From the human T2T-CHM13v2.0 reference genome, Homo sapiens, in the NCBI RefSeq assembly GCF_009914755.1, contig NC_060929.1: DNA of 64,000 nucleotides. One strand, 5' to 3'. The notes beneath the pieces are model-generated. The model saw only the letters and a list, made by a program, of their open reading frames with translations. It was not told where the DNA came from and searched no databases. Each line of letters begins with the position of its first letter. Positions within the stretch are counted from its first letter, which is position 1. Below, in pieces: positions 41,677 through 57,232 of the stretch. A program made the position numbers and the translations under genes.

Positions 41677-41826
41677 ATTGTATAAGATTCCTTTTTCTTC
41701 CCTTTTCTTCTCATTGTATGATTGTGTTGTATTATGGAACAAAATGTTGTATTATGGAACATTGTATTAGGATTCCTTTTTCTTACTTTTTCTTCTCATT
41801 GTATGATTGTGTTGTATTATGGAACA
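41677..41826. repeat. ~65-bp local duplication with an extra 17-nt sub-repeat
   Basis: gattcctttttctt...ttcttctcattgtatgattgtgttgtattatggaaca occurs twice; tgttgtattatggaaca three times. Confidence 0.9.
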
Positions 41827-41885
41827 TTATATTATTTTCTATACATTTGGGTATTTTGATTTATTGTTCAATTGTTGATTGATAC

Positions 41886-42646
41886 TGATATGGACAGGAG
41901 ACAGGAAAATACTGGGTAGAAGAGGGAGGTTCCCCAGCAAAGCTTCCCCCTGAAGCCTGGAAACCCTCAGCCCTAAATCGGAACAGTCATTCCTATTTTC
42001 ATGCCCAAAAGTTGCCTTTTGGCCTGTCACACCCTCCTATCCTGTACCCATATAAAACTCAAACCCCAGGCTCCACAAGCAGATGAGCAGACAAAGAGAA
42101 GAGCAGCAGAGAAGCAGACAAGATAAGGAACAGCTGAATGTCAAGAGGAGTTTGGCTGGGGACAGTCAGAGAGATCAGTTGCTGGATGGCCAAACTCCAG
42201 GGGAAGATCATCTTCCCACTCCATCCCCTTTCCAGCTCCCCATCCATCCTGCTGATAGCCACCTCCACCTGCATTCACCATCCTTCAAATCTGTGTGTGA
42301 CCTGATTTTTTCTGGATGCCAAATAAGAACTCCAGTTACAGAAAGCTATCACACTTTCCCTCTGCCCTTGTGAAAAGACAGAGGGTCCAATGAGCTGTTT
42401 AATACTTAAGCTGTCTGCAGATGGCAAAGCTGTAACGCATGCTCACTCTGGCTTCAGAGGCCTCAGTCACCCACCCCTAGATGCTGCCATGGGGCCAGAG
42501 CCCAGGGCCGCTCACCCTGGCTCCTGCACCTGCCCTTCTGCATGCTCCCCCTCCCATAAGAGTTTGAGTGTGCATAGCGACCAAACAGATGAGCCACACC
42601 CCTGTCACATGTCCTGTGAGGGAGGTCAGGAAATTCTCCTATTTCA
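41886..42646 (+). mobile_element. Solo ERV1 LTR (LTR1-like)
   Basis: tgatatggacaggagacagg...ctcctatttca TG..CA termini, catataaaa TATA-like box, flanks atac / atat (4-bp TSD, one mismatch); family name from memory. Confidence 0.85.
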
Positions 42647-45600
42647 ATATTTAAACTAGATTAGTTCTAGTTTGAGCCAATATTCAAACTCTATTAGTTA
42701 TATGTTTATAACTGATATGAATGTTGTTCTAATTATATCACAATCTTGCAAATTATTATGTTCATTATCCACTAATGAACTATTTTTCACTAAAATATTG
42801 TGTGTGTGCATATATATATGCACATCTCTATATTTCAGTATGCTCAGCCCTTATATGATAACTTTACACATTTTTTCCAAAACTTTCACACACAAAATCT
42901 GAACAATAAATATTAAGGTAACTGAAGATACTGAAAAACTGCAAAAAGTATTTCATATTCTGTATTTTAAGTATAGTTTATATATATTTTAAATAAATCA
43001 TGAAATATCTAAAATGTACCAATATTTTGATCTTTCTTTAAAGATTCACAAGTTTATACTCCACAGTAAATTTGTAGGCTGGGAAATATCTCAAGTCCAT
43101 TTAATACTGGAAATTAAATAACACATACTTGCCTTTTTCTATAGATCCCAGATTTGATTTGTTTTTCAAACTGTTGCAAGAGATTATGCTGAGTCATCCA
43201 TACACTTCTGCATAATATGGCACATTTTTGTGAAGTGACAGCTGAGGTCAGAGAATATTGTTAACTTCTGTTCATGCTCACATGTCATTGGTTTACAGAA
43301 ATCTTTATATGTATATGGTACACATTATGAATTTAAATTTCACACATAGCCATTTTTCAAATAGTTCCAGTATGGGAGCTTCTTCCTTTTATCTCACAGG
43401 AAAGCTCCCTTTCCTCAGGGAAATGAAACCTATGAAAAGACCCACCATATGTGAATTCACACTACAGATAGTTTTTACCATATGTGCTAAAAAGACCAAC
43501 ACTCCAAGGTACTTTCAGCTATAACTCTGAATTTCCTGTCCTTTGTCAGTTCAAACTAAGCTCTTTACATTACTGTGAACTGCATGTAACTCACGTGAAT
43601 TATACACTGACGGTAATACTTTACAGTAAGTGGAGGATAATTATTTATTCATTTTGTATTCATTGAGGTAACATTAATCATAGTGACTCCATCTGGGATT
43701 TATGGAATATAGTCCATAATTCCAAAGAATTCAACTACACACTTTGTCTCTATTCATAATCCATCTGTAGAGTAACTATGCTTTGTCTGGCACAAAGTCA
43801 TGTTAATAATATCACAAGGATGTATTTTACTCTTCTTTTGGGCTTCATATGATAATATTTTGGCTACACATAAATGAAATATTCACTTCAATCCTGTGAC
43901 CAAAATTCTTTAAACCTGTACAGCAGATAATGCTAAGTATGTGACTGAAAGAGGTAGGAGTCATCAGGAGTTACCTATGATGATTTTCTTTTTCCAGATA
44001 TTTTGGGGTTAATGGTAGCTCAAAAATTTTACTAGTCTTAGAAATCAATTATAGTTTGAAAAAATTATATTAAATTGTAATAGCGAGCTGCATCAGTTTG
44101 AACAGAGAAATTATTTTAAACCACTTAGGATTAATAGATATAACTTTAGTGATAATTTAATTATACCTATAATGTTAAAAATTACCACAAAAATGTAAAA
44201 GTTGGAAACTTTCTACAGAAAAAATGTTTATCTTCTGCAGTTTCCCTCTTGTTCAAATTCAGTTTTGTTTCTGCCATACTATCCTCTTAAAGGAAGTTTT
44301 AACATCAACCATGAATGAATTGATTTGAATTGCATTGGCATTGAATTCTTATGTAGAAATTCAAGAGGTGGATTAGAGAGCAATTGTAATCCAAAGATTG
44401 TTTTCAGCAAAGTTCTTTTGAATTATGCATAAATGACATTTGGATTCTGCTATTTGAAGTTTATAATTTGGATAGCTATTTAAATATTGATGAGTTGTTT
44501 GGGAAGTTTTACAAAACAGATAATGACCAGTCAGACCAACTGGATAAGAATACTTAGAAAAATATGGGGCACTTAAACATTTTAACTTGACGCTTTCTGT
44601 CCACTGGAATAGTCCATGTTGTTTACCACATGTTCATGTTTAATTAGTACATAGAAGACTACGGAGAGTCATTCTCAGGACTTTGAAATGCCATATGAAA
44701 TGCAGAATACTGAGTGTAATACTCTTTCCAGAAATAATTGTGTTCCTGAAAAAAGAAATGTGGTATGTTTAGAAATTGATTTTGTAAGTCGAGATTATAA
44801 ACTGACACATTAGGGAACTAGTCGTTAACAGTTTATGAATTATCTAAAATATACCGAAAAGATAAAGGTAGTAAAAAGGAAAAGGTAAGAAAACTGCTGA
44901 ATGATGTGACTTCAAATTGTGACTGTCTTTATAGACCAAAGAAAAAGAGAGAATTCCATACTTTACTACAGAGACAAAGTTTATAGATACATAAAATAAA
45001 CAATTATAAGCATCTTTGGACAATGATATTTATTACTTTAAGGAAACATCCATGATCAGTAATTACTGAATTTTGTTATACTATTTAAAATTACGATTTG
45101 CCAACTTAGTTATTATTCAAGGACTATGTTTTTTACCCATGTTCCAATAGAACCTTCATTCTAGAATGTCTAATTCTAAGTTGACATTTAAGGAAATCTA
45201 GGTAATCATGAAACTCACAGCTAGAGTTTTCACCAAGTCCTGAAAAACTAGAACTTTCTCTTAGTATTAACTAACTGTGCTAGTTACTCTCATGTTAAAT
45301 TTTCTAAAGATTTAAAACTGAATTCATTGAAAAACTTTTTATGTCAATTTTCTACTCAATATTTCAAAGAGAATAGGTGATAATATTCTAAAACTATAAT
45401 CCAGTTGCAATGTCTATGCCTTTCCACTACCACATCCCCCAAATTACCAAGCCTCACATCTTATTTCTACTGTTATATGGCTAAACTTTTATAAATCTTC
45501 TAAACACAACCTTTTGACCTTATGAGTAAAGAAAATAAAATCCAGAGAAGTTAATTCTAAGAGTAACTTCCTAGACCTATATTTCCACTATCTGCTTTGT

Positions 45601-46149
45601 CCTTAACTCTGTTTCACCTCTCACCTGCTTACTAACTATTGCCAGTGGATTGTTTCATGGGTATTTCTCAGGTAAACTTGTTATTCTTTAATCCCTAAAT
45701 TAAGACTTCTCTTTCTTCCTCTATTTTTGTTAATGGAGGGTTATTTTCTAAGTAAAACATAAGATGCTTGGAATCACTTTTTTCTATTTTTTTGTGTCTG
45801 TGCTTTCTATCAGAAACTATATTACTGATACATTAAACAAATATGAATTTATAAATTATCCTGTCCTAGCACTGTGCTAAGCCATTGACATGTACAGAGC
45901 AATCCCCTGGCTTTATGGGCTGAATAGCCCTATTTTGCCTTTTCCCTCAGTTTTGCATCAATTTCTTTCTATTGCCGCTGCTACTGGTCTTAGCCTCCAT
46001 ATAATTTCTCTCTCTATATTTCTCTCTTCAAAAGAAAATCTCCTGAAATAATGTTAATTATATTAGTCTCCTATTCAAAATCTTTGTTGATTACTCCCAC
46101 ACTCAAATCCCACCACAATCCTATCCATATTTCTTTTGTTTTTTTCCTC

Positions 46150-46447
46150 TTTTTTTTTTTTTTTTTTTTAGATGGAATCTCGCTCTGTCACCCAGGCTGG
46201 AGTGCAGTGGTGTGATCTCCGCTCACTGCAACCTCCACCTCCTGGGTTCAAGCAATTCCCTGCCTCAGCTTCCCGAGTAGCTGGGATTACAGGCATCCAC
46301 CACCATGCCCAGCTAATTTTTCTATTTTTAGTAGAGACGGGGTTTCACCATCTTGGCAAGGCTGGTCTTGAACTCCTGACCTCGTGATCCATCCGCCTCA
46401 GCCTCCCAAAGTGCTGGGATTACAGGCATGACCCACCATGCCTGGCC
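46150..46447 (-). mobile_element. Alu (AluSg-like)
   Basis: Poly-T, Alu body; TSD aatc(c/t)tatccatatttctt on both sides. Confidence 0.95.
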
Positions 46448-46536
46448 AATCTTATCCATATTTCTTATTTTATAATGTAATTGTTATTGAAATTTGAATC
46501 AAATGTATTTATCTAGTTTCAACCTCTATTTTTCTA

Positions 46537-46541
<5 letters not shown>

Positions 46542-46602
<61 letters not shown>
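46542..46602. repeat. Compound (TA)n(GA)n microsatellite
   Basis: Seen directly. Confidence 0.97.
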
Positions 46603-46606
<4 letters not shown>

Positions 46607-46962
46607 TATTTTCTAGGGATAAAACTCAGTGCTAATTATAGTGAGGAAGACAAATGTAATAAGACATGGTGTCTGCTATTCAAATGTTAGCTCTTTATTA
46701 AATAATATAGAATCTTATGTAGACATTATCAATATCAATAAAAGCATAAGGGAAAACACTCAGAAAATTTAAAAGATGAAGAGTCTGTCTTTAGCTGGGG
46801 AATTCTAGAAGGAAAGATTTAATGAACATTTCTAATTGATCCTGTAATAACTTTCCCTGATACTCTTGGTTTATTGTCCATCCAGATGTTAATCTTTAAG
46901 ATAATTCTACTATGGAAAATTTAATATGTCTAGGTACCATAAGTCACATATTTGCATAATAG

Positions 46963-47250
<288 letters not shown>

Positions 47251-48142
47251 TTCATAATACTTTTAATAAATGTTTAGTGAAACTGTAATTGAAAATATTT
47301 TAATTATTTATGTTACCTTATGATCTAATATGCATATCTGCCTAATACATTCTATCATGAATTCTGTGTCAAAAAATAGTCTGGGTGCAGCCACCCAACA
47401 ATGCTCCTCTGCTTGTGTCCTTAAAGGAGCTGTATGTGACCCATTGTCTTGGGCCTTAGATAATCATTATTTCTGGGCTCTTCTCAGTTACATGTAACCC
47501 TGCCCAAAGCTGAGGGCCAGCTTTGCCTCTGAAACTGCTTTCTTCTTATGACTGCTTGATCTGACTTGGGGCCAGGTCAGATCGTGACAGCATTTACATT
47601 GTCAGAAGGGTAATGGAGAGGCTTGCTTATCTGATGAATATAGGGTGCTCCAGTTTCAAAGAATTTTGCTTTTTACCCTTTCCCAATAATTCCCTTAAAA
47701 ATTTTACCATGGGATATATTGATTGTATAAATTAAAGAAAATAAAAACCAAAAACATTTTTGAAAAGATGCAGATGTTTAACCTTACAGAGTTTAGAATC
47801 ATTTTTCCTGTAACACATGAAGTAACCCTTTTACCAATTCATACCACTATTGATTTTATTCAAAACTGTACTCAAATAAGTATCTTCTGTTCTTTTCATC
47901 TGGCTAAAATGTTTATCATCATCACATGTACGGCTCATCTTTATTAAGCCACTTGCAAACATTTTTTTCATAACATTCCTCAAGTTTTAGAATAACTGTG
48001 AATAATTATTGATAACAAATGCTTACTGTTTTACAAAATTCTAAGGTTATCAAAAATTGGATGAGGTAAATTTGATTAATACAGATCATTCTTTTTAAGA
48101 AGAAATTTTAGCTCAAAACTTTATTTCTAAATAGAGGAAAAG

Positions 48143-48437
48143 AGCCAGGCATTGTGGCTCAGGCTTATAATTTCAACCAACACTTTGGGAGGCCAAAGTG
48201 GGAGGATTATTTGAGGGCAGGAGTTAGATACCAGCCTGGGCAACATAGTGAGACTGTGTATCTACAAAAATAAAATAAAATTAGCCAAGCCTGATGGTGC
48301 ATGCCTGAATTCCAAGCAACTTAGAAAGCTGAGGTGGGAGGATCACTTGAGCCCAGGAGTTTGGTGCTGCAGTGAGCTATGATTGTGCCACTGGACTCCA
48401 ACATGAATGACACATTGAGAACCCTTTTTTAAAAAAA
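48143..48437 (+). mobile_element. Alu (AluJ)
   Basis: gggaggatcacttgagcccaggag, gagctatgatt and gggcaacatag AluJ diagnostics. Confidence 0.92.
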
Positions 48438-48552
48438 GTTAAAAATGAAAAATTTGAAAAAACAGATGAACAAACAGAGGAAAATAATTTAAGGATTTTG
48501 AGAAAAAAATTGTTGGGCTCTAACAAACTCTATTACTCATTGCCCTGAAGTG

Positions 48553-49083
48553 CAGCGGTCCCCAACCTTTTTGTCTCCAGGGACCAGTTTCATGGAAGTC
48601 AATTTTTCCATGGACTGGTAGTGGGAAGTGGGGGGGCACTGGGGATGATTCAAGTGCATTACATTTATTGAGTACTTTATTTCTGTTATTATTACATTAT
48701 AATCTATAAAGAAATAATTATACAACTCACCGTAATATACAATAAGTGGGAGCCCTGAGCTTGTTTTCCTGAAACCAGATGGTCCCATCTGGGAGAGATG
48801 GGAGATATTACTGATCACCAGGCATTACAGTCTCATAAGGAGTGTACAACCCAGATCCCTCACATGTGCAGTTCATGATAGGGTTTGTGCTCCTATGAGA
48901 ATCTAATGCTACTGATGATCTGACAGGAAGCAGAGCTCAGGCAGTAATGCGAGTGATGGGGAGAGGCTGTAAATACAGATGAAGCTTCACTTGCTCGCCT
49001 GCCACTTACCTCCTACTGTGTGGCCCAGCTCCCAACAGGCCCCAGACAGGTACCGGTCTGCTCCTGGGTGCTGGGGACTCCTG
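48553..49083. mobile_element. MER1A hAT-Charlie element
   Basis: cagcggtccccaacctttttg...tggggactcctg termini, ~530 bp. Confidence 0.88.
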
Positions 49084-49227
49084 CATTACCACATTCATTT
49101 GTTTTTGCCAATTTTCATAATATCTACCATATCTTATAACTTTTATTTGTGGAAATACTGTCTGTGGCTCAGGATCTAACTAATGAGTCTCTTCTTTCTT
49201 AAATAATTCCTTGATAAATTTCTACCA

Positions 49228-49616
49228 GTCAGTTTAGGCTAACATACAACCCCAACATTCAGTGGCTTACAACCACAAAAGCTTATTTTTTATATTTTAT
49301 ATCCACTGTGGGTCAGCTATGGCTCTGCTCCTTGTCGTCTGGATGACAAAACAGCCTATATCTGGCACCATGCTAGTCTTACAGAAAAGCTTTAAAAGAA
49401 ATATGGCAAAGGCAAACTAATTTTTAACGTTTAACTTGAAAGTTATGTATGTACTTCACTTCACAAGTCACTGACCAAAGCAATTCACATGACTCATTCT
49501 GAGGTCAAAAATATGAATGAATAAGTCACATGTCCAAGGATGACATCAACAGAATTGAGAAGTATGCTCCACATCAAGGGAAGGATAGCAAATATTTTAA
49601 CAATAATACAACCCAT
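49228..49616 (-). mobile_element. MaLR (MLT1-type) LTR, degraded
   Basis: aaccccaacattcagtggcttacaaccacaaaagcttattt...gtcactgaccaaagcaattcacatg. Confidence 0.55.
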
Positions 49617-50545
49617 AGGACTGATCACTGTAATGGAGATGAGAACAATAGAAACTTTAAAAATGTTCTTCCTGTATTCTTATCAACTCGTTAATGTTTC
49701 CTAAAATAATATATACTTTATTGGATATGAGTCTTTATTCATTCTGATCATTTCTCTTCTTTATAGTCCCTTCCCAGTTCTTTTTTCAAAGATCTACCCA
49801 TTTCTCAGAGTTTTAATCACATTCCCATGCTGCCTTAGACACTTCCTTGATGTACTCAACTTAAGTTTGATCCATCTGTTCTTTGAACAAGTGAATATTG
49901 ATTTTGTAGCACTAAATTTTGCACCACAAAAATTTTGCAAGTGTGTCTTCCTGTATTTTCTCCTAAGTTAAACATACGATAACGTACTTGACAAAAGTGG
50001 AGCCTTGATGTATTTTTCTTTACTATATAGAAGAAACTTTTTCAGAGTTTCATGGTTACAGTACTGCTGCTGCCACTACAGCTGGGCTCTCCAAAGGCAT
50101 TTTCTGTTCAGGTGATAATGTGAACAAACACATCATTTGTTAAAGTGGGAATTGCTTTTGATTTTGTATTCACCTCTCCTAGTGTGTACTTGGTGGATAT
50201 AGAAATCCATACCAGCCCCTGCTCCTATCAAATGTTTACTGGATGTCTTAATGGATAATCTTTGGGTTGAGAGAAGGAATATTGACCTCTGGTAAGTGAT
50301 ATAGTTTACTAATAAAATAATTCATATGTTATGCATTGAGGTACTTGTTTCTATCCCGCTTTGTGGAAAGAATAATATTTGCATTATTTTAAAAACATTA
50401 AAATAAAACACCTTGGAGTTGATGTTACAGAAACCACTGGAAGAAAGAATTTTATAAGGAAAATTAAAACTTTCCTTATAAAGTTATAAAAACAGATGGC
50501 AATTAGAAAATAAAAATATAGAGAAAGGGGTCCATTACCTAACTA

Positions 50546-52105
<1,560 letters not shown>

Positions 52106-53665
52106 CATTTAGTGAGGTGATACGTGAATACCTAATTCAAAAAAGGAAGGTTGATGCTATTTCAAAATTGCAGATGCTTTTCCATGGCCACTTAATCACC
52201 TTCATGTCACAAAGTTTATTATTTTCATAATTTACATACTGACAAAGAAGTATTCGTGAGCAAATAAAGAGTAGATGAAAGAAGGGTTTGAAAACTGTCC
52301 AGTATTTTATCATTTTCATGAGCAGTTCCTATTAAAAAGGCTAAAGTGAAGAGTAATAATCTGAGGCTGAACCATTGTAAATGAATCATTTATATGTTGC
52401 ACAACATGATCAATTAGCTATTAAAATTAGGTCAAACTTTCTGGTACAATACAATCAAAATCTGATTAATATTATTAAGGATATAAAAATATATATGTTA
52501 GCTTTTGGAAAATAAACTTGATATTTTGGACTTACAGTGAAAGGAGAAAATGGGGACTAGATGGATGAGAGATAAAGCATGTAGAAAATCAATCAGGAGG
52601 AAAGTTCCTTGACATCTGTCAGAAAAGAAATTTCAAAGAAGTGAAAGGCTAAAGCAAGGTAGTAAATGACATAAGCTCAGTTTAACAACTGTAACTTTGA
52701 AAATAAATGATAAATTGTTTGATGTACTGTAGTGAAATACCGTAGTAGACTTTCTCTCCTGTTGCCTTTCTCCCTTATTTAGTGCATAAATAAGTTAGAT
52801 GTTTATTCATCTGTCTCATAAAAGAAACCTATAATTGTAAAAGTAGCATTTCAGGGCTGGTAGGCAGGCATGAAAAAAAAAATGATGAAATGCACTGGGG
52901 CAAAAGAGGAGTTCTTCCCATCTGAAACCATTACACCTTTTCCCTAGAGGGGGACTCCCACATTTGCACTTAGATATCTGTGGCAAGAATATAGATAAAA
53001 GAACACATACCTAATGAGGGCCCTCATTTTATTAGATTTTCCAAAGTTCTTTCATCCCATTGGATCTTTGCAATTGTGTTTCTGTCTCAGGAAACACTTC
53101 ATCCCCTATTTGCTCTATGTGAGGCTTACCCTTCCACAGCTCTAAACCAAGAGTAAGACAATCAGGTCTCACCATGTTAGTCTTTGTTAGAAATCCAGTT
53201 TTGGATGAGAGACACAAAGGAGTTTTATAAAAACATTGATGTTGAGCTACAGTGTTCCTTGACATAGCAACTAATGGGTAAACTAAGTGGGCATTATTTT
53301 TATTGTTTAAATAGTATTGTGATTCTTGAGTAAGGCAGCTGGTTCCTTGTAAAGCAAGGTTGTGAAAGGTCTTCAAAACCATCTTTAATACTACATTCAG
53401 ACATTCTCTTCTGTTTTTGACCTTGATTTTTCATTTCTGAGGATGCATTAGCTATATGCACAAAGGCTTTTCTTTCCTGTTTTGTGCTTAATGGTTTTCC
53501 TTCATGAAGAAGTATTGGAGATGTTGCTATTAAAGCACAATGTGTCTTAAATCAAAAGGTTTCTTATTTACTACTTTAAATAGTAGTATTGTTTTAGTAA
53601 TTTCACTTACACATGAAATACATATTAAGAGCAACTATAAGTTCTACATGGGGCTAAGTCCTAGG

Positions 53666-53666
<1 letters not shown>

Positions 53667-53711
<45 letters not shown>
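53667..53711. repeat. (AC)n microsatellite
   Basis: Perfect run. Confidence 0.97.
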
Positions 53712-53715
<4 letters not shown>

Positions 53716-54029
53716 AATCATGTTTCTGCTCCATCTGGAGCTTGCATTGTGATAGGAGGAAATACATAAAATAAGCAAATTCAGGAATACATGTATTTTT
53801 ACAAATTGTGGTAGTTTTATACAGTAAGAATTCTACACAAAAGAACAATATGTGGGAGACATAGGATTTGCAGGAGTAGTCTCTTACTGAGGAAATAACA
53901 TTTGAGCCACATTCTGAAGAATGAACAGGAAGAGTTATATAGGTGTGAAATACAAGAGGATTATTCCAAGTGAGGGTACATAAGTATACAAATGCACCCA
54001 CATAATGGAAATGGAGTGGTAAAATGTGT

Positions 54030-54290
54030 CCATTCATTCCACTGGAATGTATAGAGCACCTACTGTAGGTACATGGCCTAGCAAGACAGAAAGGTATTGA
54101 TCCTACCTGGCCACTATTTACAGTCAAAGGGGAAATAGCTTTTATAAATGAGTTAAATGAAGCAGCATTCATAACTACTAAAAGTGTTTCAAAGTTACAA
54201 TAGGCAGAAATAACGAGTCCTGTCTAATTCTTCTAAAGGTGGCAAGAAAGACATTTATGGACGAGTTAACTCTTGAGTTGTAGGGCCATG
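54030..54290 (-). mobile_element. L2 fragment
   Basis: cattcattcc...gagcacctactgt antisense L2 3' end; boundaries approximate. Confidence 0.5.
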
Positions 54291-57165
54291 AATTTTCTAA
54301 CTTCTAAGTATCCTGCCTACATGTCTTGTTGTCTTCTGTAGGATTCATTGGTCTTAATTAAACATCTATAGCATGCATCAATTTTTGGTATTAGCTGAGG
54401 AGAATCTAAGAATCCTTAGCATCAGTAGTTTTAGAATAAGAAATGCTGGCCTTATAAATTGTTTAGCAGTATAAATTAAGACATTTTATTTTGTCTACCT
54501 ATTTACTTTTCCACAGAGCCCTTTAGTCAAACAAAATCATAGACAGAAGTCCAATATGTAAAATGAAGGAATTCTCATAACTAATTATCATTGAAATATC
54601 AGGGTTAGAGAACTAACAACCTGGTTATAACCCCATCCTCACTCCATAAGAAACCAGATATATGGTCTTTGTCTCCTAGCAGTGTGTACTTTTGGAATAT
54701 AGGAAACTATATTTTAAAATATTAATATATCTTATTATTCTTATATCTGATTATTTTAGAATAAACTATACCTTAGTTATCTCTGCATTTATCTTTTAAT
54801 ATTTACCTGATATTAATTTATTTTAATTATGCATTTAAAAATACACATTTTTTTGCCAATTTTAGACATCTCCATGTAAAATCAAATTATTAAACATGCC
54901 CTTAGCTAAGCAGAGCAATTCTAGGGGCAGAAAAATTGTTCTTTATGACTTCAAAAAACAAAGCAAAAAGCATCAGAAACCATAAGAATAAAGCTGTTGA
55001 AAATACAGTTTGATGAGAAATGTATAAACAAGAGGTTATTCTGAAGACTGTTGATTAGTTGTAAAGCTCTTATTAAATAATCAGTTTTAAAGAGGCAGTG
55101 ATAAAAATGTAAATAAGTCCTTAATTAATCTCTTAGGCAGCTAAATAAACCTAGTCTAAAGCAAAAATATTTCTGTATATTCACAACTCATGACAATCAG
55201 TTACCGGATTATCAACTAAATAATAAAATAAAGAAAACTTTTTGTCAAACTATAAGATTGTTGTAAAAAGTGGAGACTTTCAAAAAATTGTAGTTTTCTC
55301 TGTTTGAATTTCATTTGTAAATCATAACAGGTTTGAGCTAATTATTCTTTAGTAAGAGATAAAACTGAGAGTTCTCTCTCTCATTTTTTCTTAAGGACAG
55401 ATAAAAACAGAGATTTGATTCTGACATTCCCAAAAACCAAAAAAAAAAAAAATCAAATAGAAAAATTGTGGTTTTGTCTAGAGAATGCAAAACTTACCAG
55501 TCATATAATTAAATTCAATTGAAGAAAATGACTAGTATAATTAACAAAGTAAATCTAGTAATTTGGCACTATATTTGGAAACAGAAAATTAATTTAATTT
55601 CTTTAATTTCTGTTTCTTTAATTTCTGTGTTGACCTCAATGAAAAAGAATGGGCTAAGAAAGAACGTTTTGATAATCTTTAAAGGGTCTAGTAGTTGCCT
55701 TGTATAAAAGAATTTTGTGCAATGTATGATTTATTCCTGCCTCTGAAAAGCTTATCAGATTCATCATGTACATTGAAAGGCCATCCATATAAACAGGCCA
55801 CAGGAAGAAAAGCCCAGTGGCAGTTGCTTGTCACATTTCAAGAGGCATTTTAAAACATATCAAACACTCAAAAGCTTCTCTCTTTAAAGCCTTAGAAAAC
55901 AATTTCCCCCGAACTCTGTATAAGTTTAAACATCAAAGTACTAAACACAGTACTAAAATATTGTCAATGAACCATTCTAAAAAGAATATTTTGTAATGCT
56001 TCAAAGAAGAGAACACTGTAAAGGTCTGAAAATGCTATTTTTAATATCTCACAGTCCTTGGCTCATCTGAAACAAGAGTTAATCCAAAAGTTATGATCTG
56101 GATAGTGTAAATAAACAAGTTGATCATTTATAATCCTGCTACTTGCAAGTGACTGAAAATAAAACTCAAAATGGTTTTAGCAATTAGAGAATTCATTAGG
56201 TCATATACTGGAAAGCAGTTAGTTACATGGACTAATAAATTATCTAACTTTGGGTAATGAGATAGGAGCTCAGTAAGACCATCAAGCCCTGTTGCTCTAG
56301 CTCCACTTCTGTTTTCCATTTTCTCTGAACCAGCTCTACTCTTAGGTATCACATGATGGTAAAATGGAACATCTGCTCTTTCCTCTTCTCAGGTCTAAGT
56401 GAAGTAGATATATATGGCTGCATATCCTCCACTAGGTATATCCCCTTTATAGATGCTATGGCTGTGGCCAAGAATTTAGGATATGTCCATAGATCTGGGT
56501 CTGTACCATATGGCTATCCCTGCGGCTTCTGGCAGAGCTTCACCAGGAATGTATGATATGGGATTGGGGAAGAAGAAAATGCACAAAAGAAAATAAAGAT
56601 TGCTGCTGGAAGAATAGGAAGTGATGCAATAGAGGCAAAAGAAAAACAATTATTAATTATACTTTGTATAATTTCCAATTTCCTGGAAATATTTGCGACC
56701 AAAATGACATAATATATAAATTTAATTGATAGAATGTTTATAATACACTATGCTTGATGATTCCCTAATCATCTCTTTACTATTATATTACTTCAAGTGT
56801 CAAAAATAATAAAATACCAAATAAAATCATAATAAAAAACATATTTAAAACATTGATTCCTAATGAATGTATAAAAACACAATAATGAAATAAACCGGTC
56901 CATGAACTTTAACATCTAAACTGTTCATGAATTTTGAAAATTATCTTTTCAATAAGAGAAAAAAAATTTTCTTTACGTTCTATCCTTACTTTATGGGCAA
57001 GCTAATGTGTTTTTCTGTTTAATTAAATTAAATGCATACTGTGCTGCTATCCTTTGGCAGCATGCTGACTTCATCTTATTCCAACGAATTAAAAAAAATT
57101 TTTTAAGCTATTGGAAATATTTCCTGAAGAATAAAAAGAGGAATGAAAAAAGGAAAGAGAGAAAA

Positions 57166-57232
57166 GAAGGAAGGAAGGAAGGAAGGAAGGAAGGAAGGAA
57201 GGAAGGAAGGAAGGAAGGGAGGGAGGGAGGAA
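57166..57232. repeat. (GGAA)n(GGGA)n polypurine microsatellite
   Basis: Seen directly; accounts for the PSFL / EGRK ORFs. Confidence 0.95.

Noticed and set aside
41677-41826. Repeated tgttgtattatggaaca resembling a CRISPR-like repeat
   Set aside because: Only three copies, the spacers are not unique, and the context is eukaryotic; it is a simple duplication
53654-54172. 172-aa minus-strand ORF
   Set aside because: Runs through L2-like sequence and a CA repeat, with no recognisable domain
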